NCBI GenBank assembly: GCA_963823665.1
Contig: CAWGMQ010000003.1
Coordinates: 64,001-128,000 of the forward strand
DNA: 64,000 nt
Reading direction: 5' to 3'
Source of the DNA: an uncultured Planctomycetota bacterium
Lineage (GTDB): Bacteria; Planctomycetota; Planctomycetia; Isosphaerales; Isosphaeraceae
This document shows positions 1-10,316 of the stretch, piece by piece (position 1 is the stretch's first letter; every line of letters starts with the position of its first letter). The translations under genes were made by a program, and so were the position numbers. The notes under the pieces are model-generated. The model saw only the letters and a program-made list of their open reading frames with translations, ran no database searches and was not told the origin of the DNA.

Positions 1-369
1 CATCTCGATCACGGCGGTGTAGTCGGCGATCTCAAGCTCCACATCCCCCGCCTGTCTACGCTGACCGTAGGTGGTGCCGCGACTGAAGCGAGCCCACGCC
101 CGGTGGTCTGCGGGCGCATCGGGCATCTCGATCACGGCGGTGAAGTCGGCGATCGCAAGCTCCAAATCCCCGACCTGACAACGCTGGCGGTAAGTGATGC
201 CGCGATTGGCGCGAGCCCTCGCCCTCTGGTCTGCGGGAGCATCGGTCATTTCAATCACGGCGGTGTAGTCGGCAATCGCACGCTCCGCATCCCCGACCTG
301 CCCCCGATCTGCGTAGACGCGGCCGCGACGGAAGCGGGCCAACGCACGTTCTTGAAGCGGGAGGACGTT
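1..369 (-). repeat. 123-bp (41-aa) coding tandem repeat, at least 3 units
   Basis: catYtcRatcacggcggtgWagtcggcRatc recurs at 1, 124 and 247 (period 123). Confidence 0.9.
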
Positions 370-1771
370 GGAGTGTGTGACAACGAAGTCCAAGTCGGGG
401 AGTGCGCGTAACGGGATTGGGGCCGAAGTAGACATCGGATGCGGCTGCGAAACGCTTGCGCACGCCGGCTGCCAACGCCTGATTGATGTTGCTGGTGGAC
501 TCTCCGGTGAAGATCGCCTGGGCGTGCGTTAGATCCGCTTTGATTGTTTCGATTGCATCGCTGAGGTCCAGCTCGTCCGAGGCGCCTGTAGCGGCAGACG
601 GGTCAAGATCTGTGCCGTACGTCCCCGGTGTCGAGTCAGACGAAGGAACTCGAGCGCGGTCGGTCCTTGTCGAGAGCGTGATTCCTTTGAGATCACAAGT
701 ATCGAGTTTTTCCCGCGCGACGAGGATCGGCTCACGAAACAAGCGAGGGAGGGTCGAGCCGACAAGGTGTTGATGCATCTCGGCAAGCAAATTGTCGGCA
801 CTCTTGATCGGCACGTAGAAGGCGTCACGCTTCGAAAGGATCTCCTTAGCATCAGCAGTGAGGTCGCTGCTATTCGGACTCGTGCCGCGATCACACCAGT
901 AGAGATTGAAGGTGAAACGGTCAACGCTTTTGAGCGCCCGGGTGATAGAATCATCCCACCCACTGAAGCCGATGATCAGCACCGCGTGTTTTCGGAAGTA
1001 GTCCGGAAGCAGGCTGTGATTCTTCGTGGCGAACTCCTCGATCTCCTCGGGGCTACTGGCGAGGATGTAACGATAGATGCTGCCGTGCGCGTGAACCAGA
1101 TGAAGGGCATCCAAGACCCCGTCATCATCAGGCGCTTGAAGCGTGTCAGGGCGATCGGAGACGAAGTACGGGGCATTGAACAACTGAAGCGATCGCTGAA
1201 GTAGGGGATCGAAATTGGTGGTGAAAACGGTTCCGAGCAGGTGCGGCAACTCGGCGATGATGGAGGCCAGAAAAAGGTGTGCAGCATTAAGTCGATGCCC
1301 GGCGCGGCGAATGATGTCCCCGAAGTACTGCCGAACCATGTGTGCATTGTACAGTCCCGGCGTACAAACGGGGGCCAGCGCAAATCTATACGCCTCTCCC
1401 ACCGTTTCACGCGAGGGAAGGCCCTCGGCATCGAGCTGAAAAGGCTTTCTCTTGGGGTCGGCGGGCTGGTCGTTCTGACACGCCAGCACGCGCTGCCAGA
1501 ACTCTCTGGCTTCTTCCTTAATGCCGGCCGCAAACGCAATCTCTTTTCGGTCGAGGTAATCCTGCAACTTCGGACCGCCCGGTTCGACTCGCTTACACCA
1601 AAGCCACCAAGGAAGGTCTTCACGGACGAGTTGGGACGTGGTAGGGACGATGGGAACACTGAAGCCAGAGCCCAGAATCAGAGTAAACGCGGGCGGCTTA
1701 CCAGCCGCAGGTCGGCAGCAAGCCTTCATTCGCACAAATAACTCGTCACGTTTTAGAATATTGTACGCCAT
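1..1771 (-). CDS. SIR2-like (SIR2_2) NAD-binding domain protein with C-terminal TPR-like tandem repeats; frameshift near 410-425; runs off the window edge
   Basis: Motifs LILGSGFS, TTNFD, HAHGS, IIGFSGWD. Likely start is the ATG at 1771 (MAYNIL...). After ~410 a shifted frame reads ALPDLDFVV...ARFRRGRVYADRGQVGDAERAIADYTAVIEM and repeats. Confidence 0.8.
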
Positions 1772-1789
1772 TGAAATCATCCTAATCGT

Positions 1790-1905
1790 TGCCAGGTAAC
1801 CGGCCGCGAGCTTGCGTAGCTCGTCATAGAGCAGCAGAAAGAGCTGCGCCAAAGCTTTCGAGCGGCCTTCTTCGTCAAAGGTGAAGCTCGGGTGATCTCG
1901 TTCAT
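1790..1905 (-). pseudogene. N-terminal remnant of an ECF-type sigma factor (TIGR02999-like)
   Basis: MNEITR then, in a shifted frame, EEGRSKALAQLFLLLYDELRKLAAGYLA. This resembles the family start MSEVTRIL...EQLLPLVYDELRKLA; similarity stops just before the SIR2 start. Confidence 0.65.
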
Positions 1906-2303
1906 GAAGTTAAGGATACTCGGCCGGGACAGCTCCGTCGAAGATAGGCCGGCAATTGCTGAGTGTGGGATCAAGCCACGAAGACGAACAACCTGTCCCA
2001 ATACGTCGAACCAACCAGTGATTTTCGTAGCAACGACGCGACTTTGCGTTGTAGTTGGGGCTTCATAGCGATCCAGATGTCACGTAAGAGTTCGACAATT
2101 TCATCGGCACGCTGTGTCGGCGGCCGCACCGGTTCAGGCCGCAGCCCGATGACCTCTCCATCGACCAATTTACGTTATCACTAGGCGTTTCATTTTCCGT
2201 AGTTCCCACAATATAAGCATGCCTATGGCGTGCCCGCCTGAAAAACAGTTATCCTTAACTGTATGGAGAAAACGACTTAAGACAAGGTCCCGCCTCCCTC
2301 ATT

Positions 2304-2350
2304 GGGCGCGGTTCTCCAGACCCCGCCCCCAACCCGACCGCAGGTCTCCT
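2304..2350. repeat. Imperfect GC hairpin, possible intergenic repeat or terminator downstream of the DUF1501 gene
   Basis: GGGCGCGGT-tctccag-ACCCCGCCC. Confidence 0.35.
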
Positions 2351-2363
2351 GCCAGTCCATGCC

Positions 2364-3843
2364 TCAAGCCAACACATCCTTGACCACCGTCCCATGCACA
2401 TCCGTCAGCCGATGATGCCGCCCCTGATACGAAAACGTCAGCCGCTTATGGTCCACACCCAGGCAGTGTAAAATCGTCGCATGCAGATCGTGCACGTGCA
2501 CCGGATTCGCCGTGATGTTGTAACAGAACTCGTCCGTCGCCCCATACGTGATGCCCGGCTTGATCCCGCCTCCCGCCATCCAGATCGTGAAACACCGAGG
2601 ATGGTGGTCCCGCCCGTAATCCGCCGCCGAAAGCGGCCCCTGGCAATAAACCGTCCGCCCGAACTCGCCCCCCCAGACCACCAGCGTGTCCTCGAGCAGC
2701 CCGCGCTCCTTGAGATCCGCAACCAGCGCCGCCGCCGGCCGGTCCGTATCCCGGCACTGCCCCGCGATCTGCTTGGGCAAGTGCGTGTGCTGGTCCCACC
2801 CTCGATGGAAAAGCTGAATGAACCGCACCCCCCGCTCGGCCAGCCGTCGCGCCAGCAGACAGTTGGCCGCAAACGTTCCCGGCGTGCGCGACTCCGGTCC
2901 ATAGAGGTCAAATATCGAGCCCGGCTCCCCCGATAAATCCGTCAGCTCCGGCACGGAAGCCTGCATCCGGAACGCCATCTCGTACTGGGCAATTCGCGTG
3001 AGGATCTCCGGATCGCCGAACTCGCGATGATTGATCGCGTCCAGCTTCCCCAGGTCGTCGAGCGTCCGGCGCCTCGCCGCCGCCGAGATCCCCGGGGGAT
3101 TCGACAGATACAGCACCGGGTCGCCCACCGATCGAAACTTGATTCCCTGATAACTCGTCGGCAGAAAACCGCTTCCCCACAGACGATCATAGAGCGGCTG
3201 GTCATTAGGGTTCCCCGATCCCCGCGAGATCATCACCACAAACGCAGGCAAATCCTGGTTGTCGCTTCCCAGCCCGTACGCCACCCACGACCCGATGCTC
3301 GGGCGCCCCGCAAGCTGGGCCCCGGTCTGGAAAAAACGTCACAGCCGGGTCGTGATTGATCGCCTCGGTGTGCATCGAGCGAATGAAGCAAAGCTCGTCC
3401 GCAATTTTCGCCGTGAACGGCATCAGCTCCGAAACCTGCGCACCGCTCCCACCGTGTCGCTTGAACGCAAACTTGCTCGCCGCTACCGGAAACTTGTCTT
3501 GCCGCGAGGTCATCCCCGTCAGCCTCTGCCCCATCCGGATCGAATCCGGCAGGTCGTCGCCCTGTAAACGCGCAAGCCCCGGCTTGGGATCAAACAGATC
3601 CATCTGCGACGGCGCACCCGACTGAAACAGGTAGATTACCCGCTTCGCTCGCGCCGCGAAGTTCGGAAAGCCAGCCACGCCGGCCCCCGTCGAAGAAGCG
3701 CCAGCTCCCCCGTCGGCCGCCTCGAGCTCGGCCCCGAAAAGATGCGCCAGAGCGATCGCCCCAACCCCGACGCCGGCGCGGCCGAAGAGCTGCCGGCGGG
3801 TAATCAACATCTCATGCTCGAGCCGCGGGTCCACCGGAATCAC
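2364..3843 (-). CDS. DUF1501 domain protein (sulfatase-like, Tat signal); frameshift ~3335
   Basis: TRRQLF Tat motif, [48 protein letters not shown]. ORFs 3205-3843 and 2364-3284 join at an A6 homopolymer. Confidence 0.9.
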
Positions 3844-6800
3844 TCCTTGGTCAGCGTCTCGTCCAGGTTGAGGATGAGTTGGGCGATCGCCGTATACGCC
3901 GCCAGCTCCACCGCGTCGAGCCGCGCGTCGGGCCGCGACTCCCCCTGCCCGATCAGCGCCAGCGCCCCCTTGCGATCGCGCCGGAACCGCTCGAGCTGAT
4001 TGCGAAATCCATCGACCAGGATCGCCAGCTCCACCGGCCGCGGCCGCCGCCCCGTCGCCTCACGAAACGCCCTCTCGAGCCGCCCCTCGATCGAGCGTTC
4101 TTGCCCGCACATCAGCCGCTCGGCAAATCCGCGCGCGGCCTCCACGAACGTGACGTCATTCAGCACGTCGAGCGCTTGCAGCGGCGTATTCGTTCGCGAT
4201 TCCCGAACGATGCAGGTCTCCCGCCCTGGTGCATCGAATGCCACCATCGCAGGCGGCGGCACGGTACGCTTCCAGAACGTGTAAAGACTGCGACGGTACA
4301 GGCTCGGCCCGTGATCCTGCACATAATCCGCATCAGCCAGCTCATTCCAGAGCCCCGCCGGTTGATACGGCTTCACCGAAGGACCGCCCGCCCGCTCAAC
4401 CAGAAGCCCGGCAAGCGCCAGCGCCTGATCACGGATCATCTCCGCCGAAAGCCGGAGCCGCGGACCGCGGGCCAGCAGCCGGTTCTCGGGATCAAGCGCT
4501 CAGCGCCTCGTGGCTCACCCGCGACGATTGCCGGTACGTCGCACTCGTCACCATCGTCCGCAATAAGCCCTTCACATCCCAGTCCGAGCTCATGAGTTCA
4601 ACCGCCAGCCAGTCGAGCAGCTTGGGGTGCACCGGCGGCTCTCCCTGCGCACCGAAGTCGTCGAGCGTCTTCACAATCCCCGTGCCAAAAAGCATCTGCC
4701 AATCGCGATTCACAGCCACCCGCGCCGCAAGCGGTTGCTCCGGAGAAACCAACCAGGTCGCCAGCTCGAGCCGGTTGCGCACCAGCCTCTCGTTGCCTCC
4801 GTTCAAACACCGTGGCACGCCCGCCGTGACTTTCGCGCGCGGCCGGTCGTACTGGCCCCGCTCGAGCACGTGCGTCACCCGCGGCACCGGCATCTCTTCC
4901 ATCACCATCGTCGTCGGTATCTGCTCGAAAAACGCCGCCTCTTCGCGGCTCACCGCCCGGCGCTCCGTATCCAGTTTCCGAATCCATTCAGGAGCCCCTC
5001 TTGCAAGAAAACACTCGTGGATCTTCCGGGCCGCCCCGGCCGGCCGTGCCTTCGCCGGCGTGGCCAGGATCTCGGCAATCGACTCCTTTGCGGCCAGGAT
5101 CGAGAGTTCGTCTTCGGGCACTGCCGCCGAGTAGATGAACAGGTCGCGGAGCGCACCGCTGAATCGGCTGCCCGGGCCGCCACCCCAGCCCAGCCGGAGC
5201 GGCTCCTTGGTCAGAAACGTCTGATTCAGCTCGTCAAGATGAACCACCATCGCCGCGGGCTTTCCGTTCAGGTAAACCTTCACGCCCTTCGCATACCGTG
5301 AACCATCGTACGTCACCGCGACGTGCGTCCACACCCTCGCGGCGAGCGAGTCCTTCGTCTCCATGCGAATCGCGTCGTCCAGCCAGCGCTTCACCAGGTT
5401 CACCTGCACCTTGCCCTTCTCGAGCACGATGCTGAAGCCCTCGCCCAGCGGCTCATCAACCATCCGCGAGAGAATCGTGCCGCCCCGGCCCCCGGGATTA
5501 ACCCATAGGCTGAACGTGAACTTGTCGTAAAAGCCAAACCCCGCGACGTCGCCCAGAACCGCACCCGGACGGCATTCAGCCGGCGAGGGATGCACAACCA
5601 GATTCTCCTCGATCATCCAATCCGTGGGCGGATTCCTCTGCACAGCGCTTTCCCACTCCGCCTGCGCCGCGGCGATCTTGGGGTCATCCGCACTCGCGTC
5701 TGACTCCAGGAAGGCCGCCAAAAGCACCAGCTCCGCGTGCTTTTCCACCTGCGCCCGAGTCGGTGCTTTGATCATCGGCGGCGAATTGCCGTACTTGAGC
5801 GCTCGCCCTTCTTCCGGAACGTTATTGAACAGCGCAAAGAACCGGTAAAACTCCTCCTGCCCGATCGGGTCGAACTTATGGCTGTGACAGCGGGCGCACG
5901 CCAGGGTGAGTCCCAACCAGACGGTCGCGGTCGTATCGACGCGGTCCACCACATACTCGACCGCGTATTCCTCGGGGATGATGCCCCCTTCTCCATTGCC
6001 GCGATGGTTGCGGTTGAAGCCGGTCGCGATCTTCTGCTTCAGCGTCGCCTTGGGCAGCATGTCGCCCGCGAGTTGCTCGATCGTGAACTGGTCAAACGGC
6101 ATGTTGCGGTTATATGCGTCGATCACCCAGTCGCGCCATCGCCACATCACTCGAGGTGCGTCGGTCTGATACCCGTTCGTATCCGCGTATCGGGCCGCGC
6201 TCAGCCATCGGGTCGCCATCCGTTCGCCGAGTCGCGGCGAGGCAAGCAGCCGATCGACCACCTTCTCGTAGGCATTCGGGCTCTCGTCCCGCTCAAACGC
6301 GTCGATCTCCTCGGCTGTCGGCGGCAGCCCCGTGAGATCGAGCGTCACGCGCCTGAGTAAGATCCCGCGCTCCGCCTCGCGTGACGGTTTGAGCCCTTCC
6401 CGCGCCAGTCGCGACCGGATGAACGCGTCGATCGGATTCCGGATCCCCTCACGTCCTCGAACGGCCGGCACCTCCGGCCGCACCGGCGGAATGAACGACC
6501 AGTGCCGCTGCCACTTGGCCCCCTCGCTGATCCACTGCTTGAGCTTTTCGATCTCCGAGGGGCTGAGCGACTTCCCCGACTTCGCCGGCGGCATCCGCTC
6601 GCCGGGATCCTTCGCCGTGATCCGCCAGTAAACCTCGCTGGACTCGAGATCACCCGGCACAATCGCCCGCCCGCCATCCCGCTCGGCTTTGGCCGAAGCC
6701 TCATCGTCGAGCCTCAAATCCGCCTTGCGCCGCGCAGCGTCGGGTCCATGACATTGATAACACCGATCCGAAAGAATCGGCCGGATGTCGCGGTTGTAAT

Positions 6801-6915
6801 CAATCGGCCCGGCCGCACCAGAACGATTCGCCGCGCCGGCTTGGTCACCGGTCAGCAAACCAACCACGACGGCGGCAAACGCGCTGGCAACCCACCCCAC
6901 GGAATGCCCTCGCAC
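3840..6915 (-). CDS. Planctomycete cytochrome c + DUF1549 + LamG-like + DUF1553 (PSD1) protein; frameshift ~4495
   Basis: CYQCHG, NPIDAFI, ARYADTNG, CARCHSHKFDPI, HPKLLDWLA, YRRSLY, RTNTPLQAL, LNLDE. Start uncertain (GTG ~6915). Confidence 0.9.
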
Positions 6916-7144
6916 GAAGAGTTCCTGATCGTGCCGACACGTTCTTTCCCGGCCCTCAGTATAAACGCCACTCGCCAGGAGATCCAAGCCGCGAGCCGAC
7001 GCCGACCGATGAACGACCACGATGTCCGGATCGCGTTTGCTCCTAGGCAACTTCCTGCGCCGTTCCGCTCACTCTTGACCCGCAGTGGAAGTCGGGCTCG
7101 AATGATCGGCGAGAGAGAGCGGGCGTCTACCTCGGATCAAGCCG

Positions 7145-8308
7145 ATGAAAAAGCAATGTCGCGTATGCAAGAGTGTATTGGATACTTCTTCCTTCAACGG
7201 AAGCAGTAAGGAACCCGACGGTCTGGCGAAGACTTGCCGAGCTTGCATCAACAGGCGCAGGCGCCAGCTTCACGCGAGCAAAACTCTTGATCGAAAACCA
7301 CTTCACTTGGGATCGCTCGTAAAAAAGGGTGCTTGCACCGCGATAAAGAGCAATCGAAGTCTGATCAACGCGAGCAACCGCGACCGACTGCTCGCTCTGG
7401 CTGTCATGGATTTCAAGTCGGCTCCCAAAAAAACCAGCCACGTGGAAATCATCAAGTTTCTGATCACGTTGGGCGCACAACCCGATTTCCACCTTGTATG
7501 CGCCGCGACGGTCGGGCCGCATATCGACATTATGAACGCCCTGATCGACGCGGGGGCGGAACGAAACATCTTTACCGCCGCCGCGCGCGGGGATGTAGAG
7601 CGGCTTCGCGATCTGCTTGGTCGGGATAGAGCACTTGCCGCCAAAACCACGGATTACAACCCTTTGGGTGAAAAGGGCATGACCGCGCTCGACTACGTCT
7701 GCCGGTCCGAGCTGGGAAAGGTCAACCCAGCCGATGCGGACCGGCTCGTTCTCTGCGCGGAATTGTTGCTGGCTCAAATGCCGGCGAGACTCGTTCGCAC
7801 CCTGAACCCCCTCATCCAGTGCGCGGCTCGAGGAGGAAGCGTCAAGATCGCAAAGCTTCTCGTCGCGCGAGGATGCCAGCCAGATATTAGCACCCTGCTG
7901 GCGGCCCTCGGTCACGGCCAGCGACATGGTCGAGGCAATTACGACATTGCGGCCCTGTGCCTGAATTCGGGCGTCGACATCAATGACCTTATAGGAAATC
8001 GTACACTGTTGCACGCATTCGCGCACCAGGGCGACATCGTCGGAACCAGGTGGCTGGTTGATCACGGTGCCAGAATCAACGCAACGGATATCGGCAACGA
8101 CACCCCCCTGCATAAAGCCTGCGAGAGAAACTCGACGCTCAAAGTCGTCGAGTTACTCGTGAAGCGCGGCGCTAGCCTGACCGCAGTGAACAACAACGGC
8201 CAGAAAGCTCTCGACGTGGCGATGAAAAACGACAAGAAAAGCATCGCGGCCTATTTGAGAAAGGTGGGAGCCAAACCCGAATCGATAGTCAAGGCGACAA
8301 AACAATAG
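7145..8308 (+). CDS. Ankyrin-repeat protein with N-terminal CxxC...CxxC zinc ribbon
   Basis: IFTAAARGD, GMTALDY, TLLHAFA..GD, DTPLHKA, GQKALDVA; N-terminus CRVC...DGL...CRAC. Confidence 0.85.
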   Translation: MKKQCRVCKSVLDTSSFNGSSKEPDGLAKTCRACINRRRRQLHASKTLDRKPLHLGSLVKKGACTAIKSNRSLINASNRDRLLALAVMDFKSAPKKTSHVEIIKFLITLGAQPDFHLVCAATVGPHIDIMNALIDAGAERNIFTAAARGDVERLRDLLGRDRALAAKTTDYNPLGEKGMTALDYVCRSELGKVNPADADRLVLCAELLLAQMPARLVRTLNPLIQCAARGGSVKIAKLLVARGCQPDISTLLAALGHGQRHGRGNYDIAALCLNSGVDINDLIGNRTLLHAFAHQGDIVGTRWLVDHGARINATDIGNDTPLHKACERNSTLKVVELLVKRGASLTAVNNNGQKALDVAMKNDKKSIAAYLRKVGAKPESIVKATKQ

Positions 8309-8312
8309 CACC

Positions 8313-9875
8313 CTAGGCGGGGGGGATGCTCTGGGGATTCCTGAAGAGATTGCTTGGATCGTACGCCTTTTTCACGTCGCGGAGTTTTGGCAAGTTCGCG
8401 CCGTAGTAGGCTTCTAATGGGTCGCGTAGGTTTCGATTTGGGAAGTTCTGGTAGCTCTCATTCGGCGTGTGCGGCGCCATGATCTTGATCATGCCTTCTG
8501 CCCAACCGTCTAGCTGTTTCACAAAAGACGGGGGGACGTTGTTGGGCCAAACCGTCGTGGGGCGGAGCAACGTCAATACGTCGCGATGGACGTATGCCGT
8601 CTGACTTGGGGCGAATTGATTGACGACCTCGCCCCCGACCCACCCCAGTGACCAGAGTGAGCAATTAGCCTCGTCGGAGCGCGCGGGGGCCTCGGCTAAC
8701 AGATCGATGAGGTCGCTGGTGACCTTTTCCGGGAGGGGCTTCCTCGCGTATCGCGAGATGTCGCCGAAGGAGTGCGTTTCGTGCCGCGGCTCGTCTCTGT
8801 TCGCCCAATCGACCCAGATCTTTTGAATCTCCCAGAAATTCATCGTCTCAAAGGTCTGCTTCGTCGGCTTAGCGGCATCGAGGAGCGGTCGCACGAGGTC
8901 TCGCAACTCGTCCGCAGCCCCGATGTAGTGCCCGCGTGACATGACGTTTATGGCTTCGCGAGGCCCCTTGGGTCCCACGAGGGCCGCTTGTGCCATGGCG
9001 ACTGCATTCAGCTTCATGGTCGGATTGGTGAGTAGCTTGTGGAAGGCGATGAAGACAGCCTTCGCCGCGTCCGCTCCCCGCCAGTCGAAGCGGAAGTAGG
9101 TGGCTTCGTCTTCCAGCACCTTCACCAGGTCAAAGACGAAGGAGGTGTTGACCCCGAAGCTGCCACCGGCACCGCCCCGGCACGCCCAGAAAAGCTTTTC
9201 GTGTGTCTTGGCGTCGATTTCGATGACATCTCCCGAGGCGATGACGATCCGCGACGACTTGAGGCGATCGCAGGTCAGGCCGGCCCAGCGGGTGTTGTAG
9301 CCGATTCCTCCCCCGAGCACGAGCCCGCCGATTCCCACGCCGAGACATGTGCCGCCCGGGAGTATGTATGGCCCATCGACGGACTTCTCGAACAAGTTCC
9401 GGTTGCTTGCGGCACCGCCGACGACGGCGGTTCCCTTGTCCTTGTCAATGGTCACCTGATTGAGCTTTTCGATGTTGATCAGCAGTTCCGGGCTGGTCGA
9501 GAAGCCTGCGTAGCTGTGCCCGGCGCCCCGTACGATAGGCCGCACGCCGTGCTTGACCGACCATTTGACGCATGCGACCACGTCGGCCTCGCTCGCGCAC
9601 TGCGCCACCGCGAACGGCCTGATGCTGTTGAATCGACCGTTCGCCGGGGCGCTGGCGGCTTCATATCCGTTATCGCCCGGGAGTAGCAGGCGACCGGTGT
9701 TTATGCTCAGTGCACCCCGGAGCTCGGACAATCCCGTGGACGTAATCTTCTCGGCACTGCCCTGTTCGTCCGCAGCGGGCTCGAGGTGGCAGGCGTCCAT
9801 GCTCAGGGACGCCCCCAGGGCTGCGGACGCGGCGTACCCTGCCTTCAAGAACTCCCGTCGATTGGATTCGCTCAT
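8313..9875 (-). CDS. FAD-binding oxidoreductase (FAD_binding_4 + BBE), Tat-exported
   Basis: NRREFLK, RGAGHSY, GGLVLGGG, LFWACRGG, YQNF, VKKAYDPSNLF. Confidence 0.9.
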   Translation of the reverse strand: MSESNRREFLKAGYAASAALGASLSMDACHLEPAADEQGSAEKITSTGLSELRGALSINTGRLLLPGDNGYEAASAPANGRFNSIRPFAVAQCASEADVVACVKWSVKHGVRPIVRGAGHSYAGFSTSPELLINIEKLNQVTIDKDKGTAVVGGAASNRNLFEKSVDGPYILPGGTCLGVGIGGLVLGGGIGYNTRWAGLTCDRLKSSRIVIASGDVIEIDAKTHEKLFWACRGGAGGSFGVNTSFVFDLVKVLEDEATYFRFDWRGADAAKAVFIAFHKLLTNPTMKLNAVAMAQAALVGPKGPREAINVMSRGHYIGAADELRDLVRPLLDAAKPTKQTFETMNFWEIQKIWVDWANRDEPRHETHSFGDISRYARKPLPEKVTSDLIDLLAEAPARSDEANCSLWSLGWVGGEVVNQFAPSQTAYVHRDVLTLLRPTTVWPNNVPPSFVKQLDGWAEGMIKIMAPHTPNESYQNFPNRNLRDPLEAYYGANLPKLRDVKKAYDPSNLFRNPQSIPPA

Positions 9876-9910
9876 TGGTGGCTGCTCAGCTTGGTTGGTG
9901 CGGCGGCTGC

Positions 9911-9982
9911 CTACCCGTCCCGGAGATCAGGGATGACCTCGAGGGCCTCCATCATGCCGAGGTCCTCGTGAGACAGGATGTG
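9911..9982 (-). pseudogene. C-terminal remnant of a multicopper oxidase
   Basis: Reads HILSHEDLGMMEALEVIPDLRDG*, the tail of the HCHxxxHEDxGMM copper signature; the upstream HC and the rest of the gene are absent. Confidence 0.75.
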
Positions 9983-10316
9983 TTGGCTTCGCGACCGCTT
10001 TTGTGGCATCGTGATGTGCCCTCGAAGTTCGGAGCCTCGATCGTACTCTACTCAGCGGTTGACGCCGCATTCGGTACTGTCTCGTAGGCTTCAAAAGTGG
10101 GTCGTCGGACCGCTTGCTCTTGGAGCGACGGCCCAAAACCCTTCGCCATTATAGCTGACCCGACCCTGTCAACAATCGGCGAGTGCCCGGCGGCGGCCTC
10201 ACCTAACCTTCGCGGGGTCGCGTCCGACTGAACAGCGCCCTAGAGTCAATCCGTACAGCCCGCTGCCCGTCCTCGCCGTGGGGCACCCGCGCCCCTCCGT
10301 CCAGAAATCCATTGAT

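Noticed and set aside
1..369. 123-bp repeats as a CRISPR array
   Set aside because: The whole unit is conserved, in frame and coding; there are no unique spacers or cas genes.
1772..1852. N-terminal extension of the SIR2 ORF as an ECF-SIR2 fusion
   Set aside because: The ECF fragment is itself frameshifted, and a better ATG with an RBS-like sequence lies at 1771.
1971..2168. 65-aa ORF upstream of the ECF remnant
   Set aside because: No recognisable motif; it may be a gene fragment but cannot be supported.
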